A DNA stretch of 64,000 bases from contig NC_057759.1 of the NCBI RefSeq assembly GCF_004010195.1, positions 7,303,593 to 7,367,592 on the forward strand. The letters are read 5' to 3'. The position numbers and the translations under genes are program-made. Numbering within the stretch: position 1 is the stretch's first letter; the number at the start of each line of letters is the position of its first letter. Shown piece after piece: positions 11,890 through 24,489 of the stretch. The notes under the pieces were generated by a model. It did not search any database, was not told where the DNA came from, and saw nothing but the letters and a program-made list of their open reading frames with translations. Source of the DNA: Chiloscyllium plagiosum. Taxonomy: Eukaryota.

Positions 11890-13125
11890 GCACTGTGCTC
11901 ACTGAGTTTAGAAAATCGAGAGGGGACTTTATTGAAACATGCCAGATTCTTAGGCTATTTGAAAGGCTAGATGCAGAACTGTTACTTCCCCTTGTGGGAG
12001 AGTCTTGGACGAGAAGGCATCGTCTCAGAATAATGTGGTGCCCATTTAAGGTAGAGATGAATTTAATTATCTTCTAACTGGGGGAGAAAATCACTGAAAT
12101 TTATTACAGCAGACAGCTGTGCGAGAGAGATTTACAACCAGTATGGGAATCAAGGGTTATGGGGAAAAGTCGGGAACGTTTGTTTGAGAATGGTCAGATC
12201 AGTTATGATCATGTAGATTTGTGGAGCAATCTCGATGTCCTCTCCGTCTGTGATTAAGATGCCCTCTTTGAGGTGGGAAGACCAAAACTGCACATAATCC
12301 TCCAAATGTGTTCTCACCAAGTCGTTGTGTAGCGTCAGTGAGACATTCGTACTTCTGAACTCCAAGCCCGCTACAACGAACACCAACATATCAAGTCCCT
12401 TCTTCATGGCTTGCCGCAAGTCAAGCAGTGAGTAAATAGTCAGCTCACAATGAGGGCAAGTTTCCAAACAATTTGAAATAGTGTCAGACTGGACGGCGAC
12501 TGGTTCTAATTCACTGGCGATTATTGAAGATACCAAAAGCAGCTCATAAGAAATTTGTAACCATTTGGAGACAACTGGTGTTGAATTAACTGGAGGATCA
12601 ACACATGTCTGGACAACTTAAGAACGTGGGACTTACAGGGAATTAATGGCTCAGAACAAGGAAGTGAACGTTCTGTTACCAAAAGTGTATATGACATAAC
12701 AATTGATGGAAAGGTAGGTTGCAAGAAGAAAACAGACAGTTTGAAAAGAGATGTCGATGGTTTAGGTCATGGGAAATTTGTTGGCACATGGTGTGTAATG
12801 TGAAAATAAAAGTGAAATTGTTCATCTTTAAAACAGAACAAAATAACTAGATACTATTTAAATTGAGAGAGCTACAGTGCAACGGAACTGCAGGGAAATA
12901 GTGCACAAAACATAAAATAGTTAGCACACAGTGGATAACGCTAATGAGGAAAATTAATGGAATGTTGACCCTTATGTCAAAGTGTTTGGAGTCTTAGAGT
13001 AAGGAAGTCTTACACGAACTGCACAAGGTGCTAGTGTGATCACATCTGGAGAGTGATGAATAGCTTTCATCTCCTTATTTAAGGAAAAACATCACCTCAT
13101 TAAAGATACATCAGAGACGTTACAT
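11890..13125. mobile_element. Patchwork of old CR1 fragments in both orientations
   Basis: RKSRGDFIETCQILR (+); LVRTHLEDYVQFWS (-); RT-like segment at 12520-13120 (+). Confidence 0.7.
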
Positions 13126-13142
13126 GGGGAAGGTTCTCATTA

Positions 13143-13420
13143 CCAGGTGGCACAGTGGCTCGGTTTCGAACCCAATCTCGGGTGACTGTCGGTGTGGAAT
13201 TTCTACATTCTCCTCTGTGTTTACATGGATTTCCTCTGGGTGCTCCGGTTTCCTCTCACAATCCAAAGTTGTGCAGGTTAGGTGAATTAGCCACGCTAAA
13301 TTGTCCGTAGTGTTCAGGAAAGTGTAGGGTGCGTGCATTACTCAGGTGCAAATATGCGATAATGCAGCAGGAGAATGGGTCTGATGGTTTATTCTTCAAA
13401 GTTTCACTGTTGTCAAGTTT
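13143..13420 (+). mobile_element. Older HE1-like SINE
   Basis: ggtggcacagtggc...gggtgctccggtttcctctcacaatccaaag...aaattgtccgtagtgtt. Confidence 0.8.
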
Positions 13421-13436
13421 GGGCGGACGGCACGTC

Positions 13437-13628
13437 AGTGTATGTGTCTGTGTGTGTGTCTATGTGCGTGTGTCTGCGTCTGTGTGCGTGTCTGTGTGCG
13501 TGTGTCTGCGTCTGTGTGTCTGTGTGCGTGTCTGTGTGTGTGCGTGTGTGTCTGTGTGCATGTGTCTGCGTCTGTGTGCGTGGCTGCGTGTGTGCGTGTG
13601 CGCGCACGCGAATGCATGTGTGTGTGTT
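13437..13628. repeat. Compound (TG)n/(TGTGTC/TGCG) microsatellite
   Basis: Seen directly. Confidence 0.95.
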
Positions 13629-13629
13629 T

Positions 13630-13870
13630 TTGTCTGGACGATATTTCCCCTTAATTCAAGGGGGATCAAGTATAAGAGTCTCAGAATAAAGGAGCGCTAT
13701 CTTAGAACCGAACTGAGGACAATACCTTCTCTCAACGTATAGTGAAACTTTGGAGCTCCTTGTTTCAAGGAGTTATGGAACTAGAATTTTTGTGCATGTT
13801 TAACGCTGAGAGTGATAGAGTCTTTATCACTCGAGAAATCAAGATTTCCAGAGAAAGGGCCTGAAGTGTT
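13630..13870 (+). mobile_element. CR1 3' fragment
   Basis: FPLNSRG...[14 protein letters not shown] followed by CR1 3' UTR-like sequence. Confidence 0.6.
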
Positions 13871-15391
13871 ACCCCTCCCCCTAACGTTGTGCAGGCGTCG
13901 TGGTACACGTTGGCACTAACAACATACGTTAGCAATGTTTCAGGTGTGGTAGAAAGGAATGTAAAATGGTTTGGAGAGTTGTATCACTGGAAAAGGAGTA
14001 TTACACAACTGTATTGATAGAGGATACATAAGAAGACTCATACTGTGAGGCAGTGAGGCTAAAACTGAGGAATAGGAAATCTGAAATCACAATGCTGTGA
14101 GTGCACAACAGGCTTCCAAACAGCCAGTGGAACACAGTCAAGAGAATGTGTAGAGCGATTTTGGAAAGATGTAAGAACAGCAGAGTTGTTATTGTGGGTG
14201 ATTTTATCTTCCTCTACATTGACTGGTTCATTGTGGTAGGGGCTTTGATGGACAGTTTGGTATCAGGGTTTATACTAAAGCTAGTACTTGGAAAGGATTC
14301 TGGCCAGATGAGTGAAAATTCAGTGGGGGAGCATTTCGGGAGTGGTGATCATAATATCGTGAGTCCATATACTCATGAATAGGGATAAGAGCAGTCCTTG
14401 CGTGAAAGTGTTAAATTGGGTGAAGGCCAACAACAATTATACAATGCAGAAACTGAAGAGTGATGATTTGAAGCGTCTATTTGAGGGAATGTCCACATTG
14501 GACATGTGGAAGCATTTCAAACAACAGTAAGTAAAGATTCAGGAGCAGAATGAAGGATAAGTATGGCAAGTTACGTGAACCTTGAATGGCCAAGGATGCT
14601 ATTACCTTGCTCAAATTGTAAAAGATTACATATATCGGCTCTAGACAGAGGGAAACTGATGAAGCCCTTGAAGTACCGTCTATAAGGAAAGTAGGAAAGA
14701 GCGTTAGCAAGGGATTAGGTGGGTGAAAAGGGGAAATGAAATGTCGTTAGCAAAGAGCATTACAGAGAATCCCAAGGCTTTTTAATGCACCTATTACTGT
14801 CACTCATCTCCTGAATCACCTTCCCAATCCTTTCTTCAAGGTGGATTAGGTGGGTGAAAAGGGGAAATGAAATGTCGTTAGCAAAGAGCATTACAGAGAA
14901 TCCCAAGGCTTTTTAATGCATATATAATAAGCAAGAAGTCTACCAGGGAAAGGCTTGGTCGAGTCAAGAACAAAGGAAGGAATCCATATATGGAGCATGA
15001 GAGGTACGTGAGAAGGCATTGGTGAAGGATGAACACAGGGGAGGGAGTGTCAAATCTCTGAGCCAGGTTGCCATGATAAAAGGAATAGGTGCATCTCAAA
15101 AATCCCAGAATATTAAGCGAGACAAGATATCCTTTTTGGCTGCAGATGAAGTACCAGAAGACTGGAGAAGAGCTGAGGTTGTCCCATTGTTTCAGAAATT
15201 CGCTGGGGTAATGCAGAAATTACACAAGACTGCCAGCCTCATGTCAGTATTCGGGAAAAGATTGGGAAATAATCTCAAGGACATGATCTTTAAGCATTTC
15301 GTATCAAATGGGCTGATTATAGATAAATAAACATGTTTTCTTTGTGCAGGGGAGGTCGTGCCTCACTACTTTGGTAGAGTTTTTCTGAGGA

Positions 15392-15922
15392 GATTCTCCT
15401 GTTCCCTGGAAACGGCGATTCTCCTGTTCCCTGGAAAAAAAACACCCTGTGGCTCAACACTTCAACTCCCCCTCCCACTCCACCAAGGATATGCAGGTCT
15501 TTGGACTCCTATCGCCAGACCACGATAACACGACGGTTGGAGGAAGAGCGCCTCATCTTCCGCCTCGGAAACCTCCAACCACAAGGGATGAACTCGGATT
15601 TCACCAATTTCCTCATTCCCCTCCCCCCACCTTGTCTCAGTCAAATCCATCGAACTCAGCACCGCCTTCCTAACCTGCAATCTTCTTCCTGACCTCTCCG
15701 CCCCCACCCCAGTCTGACCTATCACCCTCATCTTGACCTCTTTCCACCTATCGCATTTCCGACGCCCCTCCCCCAAGTCCCTCCTCCCTACCTTTTATCT
15801 TAGCCTGCTAGACAAACTTTCCTCATTCCTGAAGAAGGGCCGATGCCCGAAACGTCGATTCTCCTGTTCCCTGGATGCTGCCTGACCTGCTGCGCTTTTC
15901 CAGCAACACATTTTCAGCTCTA
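15392..15922 (+). mobile_element. Penelope-like element 3' part (GIY-YIG C-terminus + 3' repeat), relatively young
   Basis: VAQHFNSPSHSTKDMQV / RRLEEERLIFRLGNLQPQGMNSDF, typical of the PLE C-terminus; inserted within CR1 RT. Confidence 0.85.
15822..15865 (+). ncRNA. Putative minimal type I hammerhead ribozyme motif
   Basis: CTGAAGA-A-GGGC(CGAT)GCCC-GAAA-C-GTC: core boxes flank a perfect 4-bp stem II, in the 3' repeat of a Penelope-like element. Confidence 0.55.
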
Positions 15923-16099
15923 GAACTTTTCTGAGCAGACAACAAAGATAATTCATGATGTAAAAACCGTTGATGTTATCGACTTGGATTTCAGCAAAGC
16001 ATTTGACAACGGCCGTCATGGCAGGCTGCTGCAAAAGCGGAAGTCACATGGGAACCGGGGTGAGGTGGAAAGATGGGCACGGATCTAGTTTATTAGCTC

Positions 16100-16703
16100 C
16101 CACCCCCCCCCACCCCCGCCATGCACCCACACGTGCACACATACAGAGACACATAAACATTCTTTCCGTCTCTCACACTCTCGCTCTCTGTCACAAACAC
16201 ATACACACACACATACACACAGATATGCATATGGGGTGATATTGTATTTGCATATTTGTATTTGCAAATACATGCCATTTTGTGCAAAAACCAAGTAATC
16301 TGTCAGCAGTCAATCCATGTGACATTTTATACCTCGCAAATAGAACCAGTCTTTATCAAGGTTAGGATATAGTCAGACTTGTAACTCACACCTTTAAAGC
16401 CTTGTCTGAACTGAGATTTTTTTTTTGTCATGTAATGCTAACAGCTTAGGTTATCTCGAGACTCTCTGGGACTGACATATCAATCAAATAAAGCTACATC
16501 CTCCTTTGAACTCATTTAAAACCTAACGGCAATCTAGCTTTGTTCAATAAATTTCATTAGTTTTATGGCACTTTTATCTTTTACCATGAAATCTATGCCC
16601 TACGTTCCTGACCCACCTGATGACGAAACAGCGCTCCGAATGCTTGTACAATCAAATAAACGTGTGGACTATAGCCTGGTGCTGTGTGATTTTTAGCTTA
16701 GTC
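16100..16703 (+). mobile_element. Penelope-derived 3' region with (CA)-rich tract and degenerate hammerhead-like core
   Basis: (CA)-rich tract, then cacctgatgacgaaacagcgctccgaatgct...aataaac...ggactatagcctggtg; the flanks rejoin as CR1 RT. Confidence 0.6.
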
Positions 16704-17759
16704 GTAAGACACAGAGGGCCGCGGTAGAGGGATGCATTTCAGAGTAGGGTATTTTAACTCGTCGTCTTCCACAGACATCAGTGCTGGGACCTCAGCTGAA
16801 AGTGACCTACAAAAATGATTTCGTGGAAAATGTAGATCGTCTAATTATTAAGATTATTGGAGTAGGTGTAGAAGTTGTTCGAGTGAAGGATATCAAGGAG
16901 GAGGATCAGACGTTACAGCAGGATTTGAATCATTTGGAAGCATGGACAGAAAACTGCAAATTCTATTTAATGCTGACAAATGGAGAAAAAGCAATTTCAA
17001 AACTGGATAAAACTCTACATTAAATGACAGAACTCTTTGGAGTATTGATATGCAGAGACATCTAGGTGTGCATATGCAGAGATTAATGAAGATGGTGCCC
17101 CAGGTAAATGAAGTAATAAAAATCGCCCATGGTATATCTGTATTCATTGGACGGAGTAATGAGTATAACAAGGGACAAGATATGCTGCAGTTTCATCGAA
17201 ATATAGTTAGGCTATACTTGGAATATTGTATGCAGTTCTAGTCAATAGATACTTTGGAGAGGGTACAGTAAAGGTTCAACCAGTATGTTGCTTGGTATGG
17301 GGAAATTTAGCAAGGAAGAAAGGCTTGATAGACTGGGTTTGATTTCACTGGAATGCAAGAGTTTGAGGGGCGACTTAATAGATGTTTACAAGATTGGCAT
17401 GATTAGAGTAAAATGTTTTAGGCGTTTAACACGTAGTGGAGAGGTCAAATTGTCGGGTATACAGTACAAGGTGCGAGGGCAGATGTCTAAAAAAGATATC
17501 TGAGACACGTTTTCTATGGAAAGAGTGGTGAGTGGTTGGAATGGACTGCCACAGGAGCTAGTAGAAAAAGACAAAATAGCAGCATTCAAGATGTACCTGC
17601 ACAAATACATTATCAGGAAAGAAACAGGGGGATAGGAGTCCTCTAAGTGAAGACATTATTAATATGGAAGAGCAAAGCATGTCAGTGCAGACTTGGAGGG
17701 CCGAAGGGTCTGTTCCCGTGCTGCATTGTTCTTTGTTCTTTGAAAGTGAATGCCACAAA

Positions 17760-19500
17760 TGTTGAAACAGCTATAATACTTTCAACAGCAGAGCAGCTGT
17801 GAGCAGCAGAACAGCCGACTCCTCGCCCGATTTCTTGTGTACTTTATGGCAGCTGGAAGATGAATTGCATGTTCATTGATAGCATCGTTGCATTATTAAG
17901 CAGTCAACTGTCCCAATGAGATAATCAAACCTAACATTGATACAACAGCAATGATATAGAGACATAAATTTGAAAGGGTGTTCACAGACAGTGATGCATA
18001 GGGATAGGGCATGGTCGAGAACGAATCGAGAAAGAGAAATGATGTGGAGGTGCCGGTGTTGCACTGGGAAGACAAGGTCGAAAGTCATATGACACCAGGT
18101 TTGTATCCAGCAGGGTTATTTGAAAACTCAAGCTTTCAAAGTACTGCTCCTTCGTCAGGTCAAGGACATTTGTTCCCCTGAAGAGTGAGTTACATTCTAT
18201 TACATCGAGGCTAACAAGTACTTAACATCAATCAGTTGATGTGGACCATCATTGTTCATGAGACTGAGGCATCACTGGCAAATCCAAAACTTACTGCTAA
18301 CCTTATTGCCCTTATGGCATTTAGGAGTGAAACGCTTCACTATGAGTCAAGAGTCGCGTGTCAATCAGACGACAAAGTTCCGTCCTGAAACGAAAATAGT
18401 GATGTAGATATTCCCTTCTTTCATTCCAGTGTTTGAATTTGATTCAAATTATATCATCTACCATTGTCAGATTCGATACTGCTCCTTCGGACATGACCTT
18501 TGTGGTTCTAGACTGCAAGTTAATGATAGTTCCAACAGGCCACCATCCCGTCATGATACGTTTACGAACATTACGGACATTTTTCCACGAGTGAGCTATT
18601 CACTTCATTTCTGAAATATTTTGTGATTATTTCTGTCCCCTTTAAATAAATAAACAGCAAGTTGTCTCCTATAACACCATCTCATGTCAACGGATAGCTA
18701 CCACGACCTATTCTTGATGACATCATAACTGTAGGTGATGGATCTACCCTCAGGGGCGTGTCCTGTATTCATTATATGCGTTTTACTCATCCGTGACAGA
18801 TAAAAACAATAGTCTTTACATTTCGTATAGAGGTCTCTAATGATGAATTGAAACTTGTGGCCTCTGGCTGAGGACATGAATCAACACCTTGTCTTTGTTT
18901 TCCAGGTATAGCCACAGGCTGCCAAACGTCTGCAGGGGTGTGCAGAATTGGGGGATGTTACACTAGCGAATTCGAGTTGCGCAATAGCTGCTTAGTTCTT
19001 TTCTATTTTTGCACATATTGCACGCATTGAATTGTGAAAGAGTGTGCCACAGCAAAGAAACTCTTAGGCCGTGTCTGAAGCTACCTGCAGTTTCCATTTT
19101 CGAATTGTAAATAAAGCAGTTCAAGACTTTGCTCACATCCTGTGACACGTTATATCAAATTAATCTCTTGCAGGATTACGAACGGTGTACACTGTGTTGT
19201 CATCAGCAGCCATGGTGAGCAGTCGTGGAAACACAAGCATCTCTGTTGACTCCAAAATAGCCAGCTTAATTATAATCAAAATTTATAAGCAATGGTAAAT
19301 GTACTTCTACCACGCATCTATTGTGGGAACAGGCAAATAATACGCAGTACCTTCCAAAACCACTTCTTATATCATCTCACTCGATATTCACAAGAATACA
19401 GTGCAAAAGCTACAAATAGCCGTTTGCATATTTATCTTAGCTGCAAAAGTAACTGGGCAGAGAATCTTTGTAACAAATCAGAAATATAAGGAAACCAGAG
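17760..19500 (-). mobile_element. Ancient conventional Gypsy pol relic (RT-RNase H-IN), interrupted by short repeats at ~18035-18550
   Basis: Decayed motifs in the expected order on minus: SFRHGLRVSL (cf. DASxxGLGAVL), CAKIEK (cf. YAQIEKE), YRRQLAVYLFKGDR/II (cf. YRDELSVxxGLLFKGDRIII), EHPF...DYLIGTVDC (cf. RPW...YLxxVDY). Confidence 0.5.
18035..18165 (-). mobile_element. Penelope-derived short repeat with degenerate hammerhead-like core
   Basis: Minus strand reads cctgacgaaggagcagtactttgaaagcttg...acaccggcacctccacatca. Confidence 0.6.
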
Positions 19501-19549
19501 TTTAAAAAGGTCGATATTACACTGTTCCTTACGAAGGAGTTGAAAATTA

Positions 19550-20930
19550 ACAACCACACATTACTTGTTTGCAACGTCCCCAACAGATCGCTCATGATTC
19601 CGACTTGGAAATACATTCACCGTTCCTTCACTGGCGCTGGGTTAAGATTCTGAATTTCCCTCCTTAGTAGTTTACTGTGGATCTGTCTGCAGCTCAAAGA
19701 CTGCAGCAGCTTAAAAAGGTTCGAAAACCGCCTCCCAACCCCATCTGGTCATGAGGAGCCACTAGGAATGGCGAAAAATGCTGAACCAGTCAGAGACACC
19801 CTGAATTTACAGCAATGAAGGGTGGCTTGGAGGGGAACAAATAGGTGGCGGTTTTCCAATGTATTCGCTCTCCTTTGTCCTTCAAATGGCAGTGGGCGTG
19901 GGTTTGGCAGCTGGTGCCTGAGGATCTTTGGTGAATTACTGCTGTGCATCTTTTAGATGGCTCACAGTGCTGCAATATTGTGTTGATGGCTTATGGAAGT
20001 GGAGGTAATCAAGAGTGGTAAATTGGCCTGAATGGTGTCAAAATTCTTCAGAGTTGTTGGAACTGCACCCAGCCAGGCAAGTGGGGAATACTCCATCACA
20101 TGGGGATATCAGAAATTTCTTTAGTCATGGCTATATCCCAAAGCGTCTGATCAGCTTTTGTCGCCAATATGTTTATATGGCGAGTGCAATTGAGTTTCAG
20201 TGGTAATCACAATGATGTGGAATCAGGAATTGAGTGACGCTAATATCATTGAAAGGCAAGGGACCACGATTAGGTTGTATCTTATTGTTGAGGGCAAAAG
20301 TGTGGAAATTTGACTGACGTGAATGCCATTTGGCACCTCAAACCCATGTCTGGATATTGTCCATTTTGTTTGCATTTGAATATGGATTTCATCAGTATTG
20401 CATGAGTTGCGAATGCTGCCGAATGTTGTGCAATGATTGGCGAACATTCCAACATATGACCACACGATGGACGGAAGTGCATACATGAAAAAAGCTGAAG
20501 ATGATTTGCCCAAGGGCACGAACGTCAGGAACACCTGGAGATATGTCCTGGATCTGAGATGACTGCCCTACAAATATTTCAAACATCATCCAATGGGCCA
20601 ATTATGATACAAAGCAGCAGATAGCTTGCCACCCGACACCCTTCCCGACCAATTTTGTTCAGGCTCGTTGATGCAACACTCAGTTGAATGCAACCTTCAT
20701 GGTACTCTCACCTCAATTCTGGAATTCACCTGTTCTGTCCATGTTAGGGCCTTAGCTATACTGAGGTCAGGAGTGGAGTGGGCCAGGCAAAATCCAAATC
20801 GGGTTTCAATGCTGGGCAGGTACTGCTTGATATTATTGTTGATGACATCTTCCATCAGTTTACCAATGAATGAGGGAAGACTGATGTGGCTGCAAGTGGT
20901 CGAGTCGTATTTGTTCTGCTTCGAAATATT
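19550..20930. mobile_element. L2/CR1-clade LINE pieces: + tail at 19550-19800, - body at 19815-20930
   Basis: ISLPSFIGKLMEDVINNNIKQYL...RFGFCLAHSTPDL on minus; gacttggaaatacattcaccgttccttcact on plus. Confidence 0.75.
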
Positions 20931-21903
20931 GTAATAAGAAAATGATTTGGATGCGAGAATAAGAGGTACAGTTAGTAAGTTTGCAGATGACACCAAAATT
21001 GGAGGTGTACTGGACAGCGAATATGGTTACCTCAGACGACAACAGGATCTTGTCCAGATGGGCCAAAGGGTCAAGAAGTGGCAGATGGAGTTTAAATCAG
21101 ATAAATTCGAGATGCTGCATTTGTGAAAGCAAATCTTAGCAAGATTCATGCACTTAATGGTAAGTTTCTAGGAAGTGTTGCTGAACAAAGAGACCTTGGA
21201 GTACAGGTTCATAGCTCCTTGAAAGTGGAGTTGCAGGTATATAGGATAGTGAAGAAGGCGGTTGGTCTGCTTTCTTTTATTGATCAGAGTATTGAGTACA
21301 GGAGTAGGGAGGTCATGTTGCGGCTGTACAGGACATTGGCCAGGCCACTGTGGAAACATTGCGAGCAATTCTGGTCTCCTTCCTATCGGAAAGTTATTGT
21401 GAAACTGGAAAGGGTTCAGAAAAGATTTAGAAGGATTTGCCAGGGTTGAAGGATTTGAGCTATAGGGAGAAGCTGAATAGGCTGGAGCTGTTTTCCCTGG
21501 AGCGTCGGAGGCTGAGGTGTGAGCTTTTAGAGGTTTACAAAATCATGAGAGGCATGAATAGGGTAAATACACAAAGTCTTTTCCCTGGGGTCGCGGAGAA
21601 CAGAACTGGAGGGCTTAGGTTTAGGGTGAGAGGCGAAAGATATAAAAGAGACCTAAGAGACAACCTTTCACACAGAATGTAGTAAGTGTTTGGAATGAGC
21701 TGCCAGAGGAAGTAGTGGAGAGTGATACAATTGCAATATTTAAGAGGCATTTGGATGGGTATATGAAGAGGAAGGGTTTGTAGGGGTATGGACTGGGTGC
21801 TGGCAGGTGGGACTAGATTGGGTTGTGAAATCTGGTCGGCATAGACGGGTTAGATCAAAGCGTCTGTTTCCATCCTGTACATCTCTATGACTCTGACTCT
21901 ATA
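20930..21903 (+). mobile_element. CR1/HER1 LINE, 5'-truncated, relatively well preserved
   Basis: SKFADDTKIGG; EQRDLGVQVHSSLKV; LFSLERRRLRCELLEVYKIMRG; ctatgactctgactctat tail. Confidence 0.95.
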
Positions 21904-21977
21904 ATAGGTCGTTTTATAGGAATGAAGGAGAAGCTGATGGACCTCGGGTTGCTATTTGTAGACGCTCAGTTATCACA

Positions 21978-22040
21978 TTATTATTATTACTATTACTATT
22001 ATTGTTATTATTATTATTACTATTATTAAACTATTATTAA
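21978..22040. repeat. (TTA)n microsatellite
   Basis: Seen directly. Confidence 0.9.
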
Positions 22041-22247
22041 TCCAGAAGTTGAGCAAAATGTTGTTTGCTATTCAAATCCCAACCCAGCTAAAAGTGGAAT
22101 GTTCATTCAATTTAAAAACACCTGGGATTGCGAATCTACTACTTATAATTCCTGATTCTGGAATTGTCTTTTTCAATTCATCCACTCAGACAAAAAGGAG
22201 TAAATAACTAGATAGATAGCAAAGAAATATGTTAACACATGGGAAAT

Positions 22248-22300
22248 TAGAAAGAAAGAAGACAGGAATAATAAAGGAATGAAAAGAAGGAAGGAAGGAA

Positions 22301-22369
<69 letters not shown>

Positions 22370-22548
22370 GAAGAAAGGAACTAAGGACAGAAGGAAGAAA
22401 GAAAGGAAGGAAGAAAGAAAGAAGATGGATAGAAAGAAAGAAAGAAAGAACAAGCGAAAGAAAGAAGGAAGGAAAGAAGGAAAGAATGGAAGATACTAAG
22501 AAAGAAAGCTTAGAAGTAAGCGAGAAAGAAATAAAGAAAGAAGGAAAG
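22248..22548. repeat. (GAAA)n/(GGAA)n polypurine microsatellite
   Basis: Seen directly. Confidence 0.95.
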
Positions 22549-23629
22549 ATATTTTCCTGCGTTTAGTGGAAATAATCTTCCTGGTAACAGATCCAGCAAC
22601 TGAATATGTTACTTTGTTGCACAATAATACTTAAAAATGTACAAACGACGACAAAAAGACAGGAACTCCCGAATAACTTATGGGGAAATTAATCTGCTTC
22701 TGCCTATCATCGACTTCTCCCCAACCTCTCCCCTCCTCATTGGTGTGATGCGTTTTGAGTCAACCCCTGGAAGGCTGTATGATCAATGTGATTTGAATTT
22801 GATTCATTGCCTGGGGCTCTTGGAGGAAGATGCAGGTGAACAGCAGCAGCCACACGTTCCGATGTTTGAACACAGGTTTGGTTCAAATTGGAACATTTAC
22901 GTCCGTTTATACTCTCCATTTACTCATATTTCAATTTCTCCTATCATTATTCTTCCTTATTCCCAATAATATTACTCACAATTTTAATTCCAAATAATTG
23001 CGACTGTTTTTTGCGATATGAAATTTTGTGCTATCATATTAGCAATGCGTGAGCATATGCTGTGAATGGTCGATTTCCCTCAACAGACAGTTATGGTCAG
23101 CAAATGTCTAATGAACTCATTCATGTTCAGATGTTACAAGAACTGACAATATCCAGGCTACGGCTGACAACCGTCAAGAAATGTCCATGCCACATGGACC
23201 TCTCTAACAAGAGGGTATCTAAATATTGTTCTTTGTGAGTCAATGATATTACTGGAACAAAATTACCCATTATCAATAGCCTGGCGTTAACTTTGAGTAG
23301 AAACTGATAAGGTGCGGTCATACATGTACTGTGTCTGCAATTTCAGATAGATGCTGGACTCATGCAACAAGTAATTTATCGCCTACCTCCCAGATCCAGT
23401 CCACCATCTGCAAGTGTGACGACGCTGTGGCCTTAAGAGATCAGTTTTGTCCTAGTTCCTTTCAAACGAGAGATTGGATGAGATGTCCCAACAGTCTTTG
23501 GTAACATGAACAGCATGTGAGGCCTTGGGTTTTTTGTTAAATTTGAAACAATGGAAATAGTCTGCATATGTGTGGTCATGTCTCAGAACCAGGATATCTA
23601 ACTTAAAATAAAAGTTAGTTAATCATCCA

Positions 23630-23835
23630 AAAAACATATGACATTGGAGCAAAAAGTAGACCTTTCAGTCCATTGAGTCCGCTCCGACATTCAATCTTTG
23701 CGGATAGGTTTCTCAACCCCACTCGTCTGCTTTCTCCCTGTAACTCTTGATCCCTTTGATACTCAAGAACCTATCTATCTCAGTCTTGAATATACTCAAT
23801 CACCTGGCCTCACAGCTTTCTTTAGCAATGAATTC
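23630..23835 (-). mobile_element. CR1 3' tail
   Basis: ggagcaaaaagtagacc...ttctccctgtaactcttgatccc...ctatctatctcagtcttgaatat. Confidence 0.75.
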
Positions 23836-23839
23836 CGCT

Positions 23840-24230
23840 GAAGGTTTGGACACTAAGAGCTATTTTCGCCTCTCTTGCTCATTGCTGGGGATTCTCTTCC
23901 TACCGTGGGCTTAGCATGTAAGAAAATCTGATTTCTGAATCTGACGCTATGCCAATTAGTGTGTTAATGAGATTTTACTATATTGGAACATTTAATTACT
24001 AATGGCTGCTGGATCGTTGAAGTTTTCAAACAGATTTAAATCATTCCGAGTCCTTTATTGTGTTATATTTTCACAATTATGTTTAAATAAATTGTGTTTT
24101 ACTTAACACTGAGTAGTTTGACAAGTCAAACTGCATCTGCAACACAGTAGCTTAAATTTACCTTTAAAATAAGAAACATTAGGGTCTAGGCCACCTTTTT
24201 AATATAGTTAATATGTTCTGGTCCATGAGA
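23840..24230. mobile_element. Partial LTR, inverted relative to the LTRs at 48.9 and 58.4 kb
   Basis: gagtagtttgac...actgcatctgcaacac...agggtctagg is the reverse complement of the ctagaccc...cagatgca...aaactactc motifs in those LTRs. Confidence 0.6.
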
Positions 24231-24489
24231 GAAGACAGAATTCAGAGGTGCGCCCACTCCACATTTGCCTGGATGAACACAGCTCTAAGAACATTCATGA
24301 AGCTTGACACCATCCAGAATAAATCTGCCGAATTGATTTGCACTGCATTCATAGACATAAATTCCCTCCACCTGCGAAGTCAGTATCACGTGAGAAGTCA
24401 ACAGATTCTCGCTTACGTTTGAAATTTTATTCTGTATTCAACTGACATAAGGAAGAACATGCAGTAAAATGCGAAAACAAATCAACTAT

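Larger units (their letters stand above)
14000..17740 (+). mobile_element. Long decayed CR1 LINE ORF2 (EN to RT to 3' tail), interrupted by two Penelope-type insertions
   Basis: VVIVGDFIF; VGEHFGSGDHN; VPEDWRRAEVVPLFQK; DFSKAFD; SLRGDLIDVYKI; gagggccgaagggtctgtt tail. Confidence 0.85.

Noticed and set aside
13329..13742. Cys/Val- and His/Thr-rich ORFs
   Set aside because: These are translations of a TG microsatellite.
22247..22566. Lys/Glu/Arg-rich and Phe/Leu/Ser-rich ORFs
   Set aside because: These are translations of a (GAAA)n repeat.
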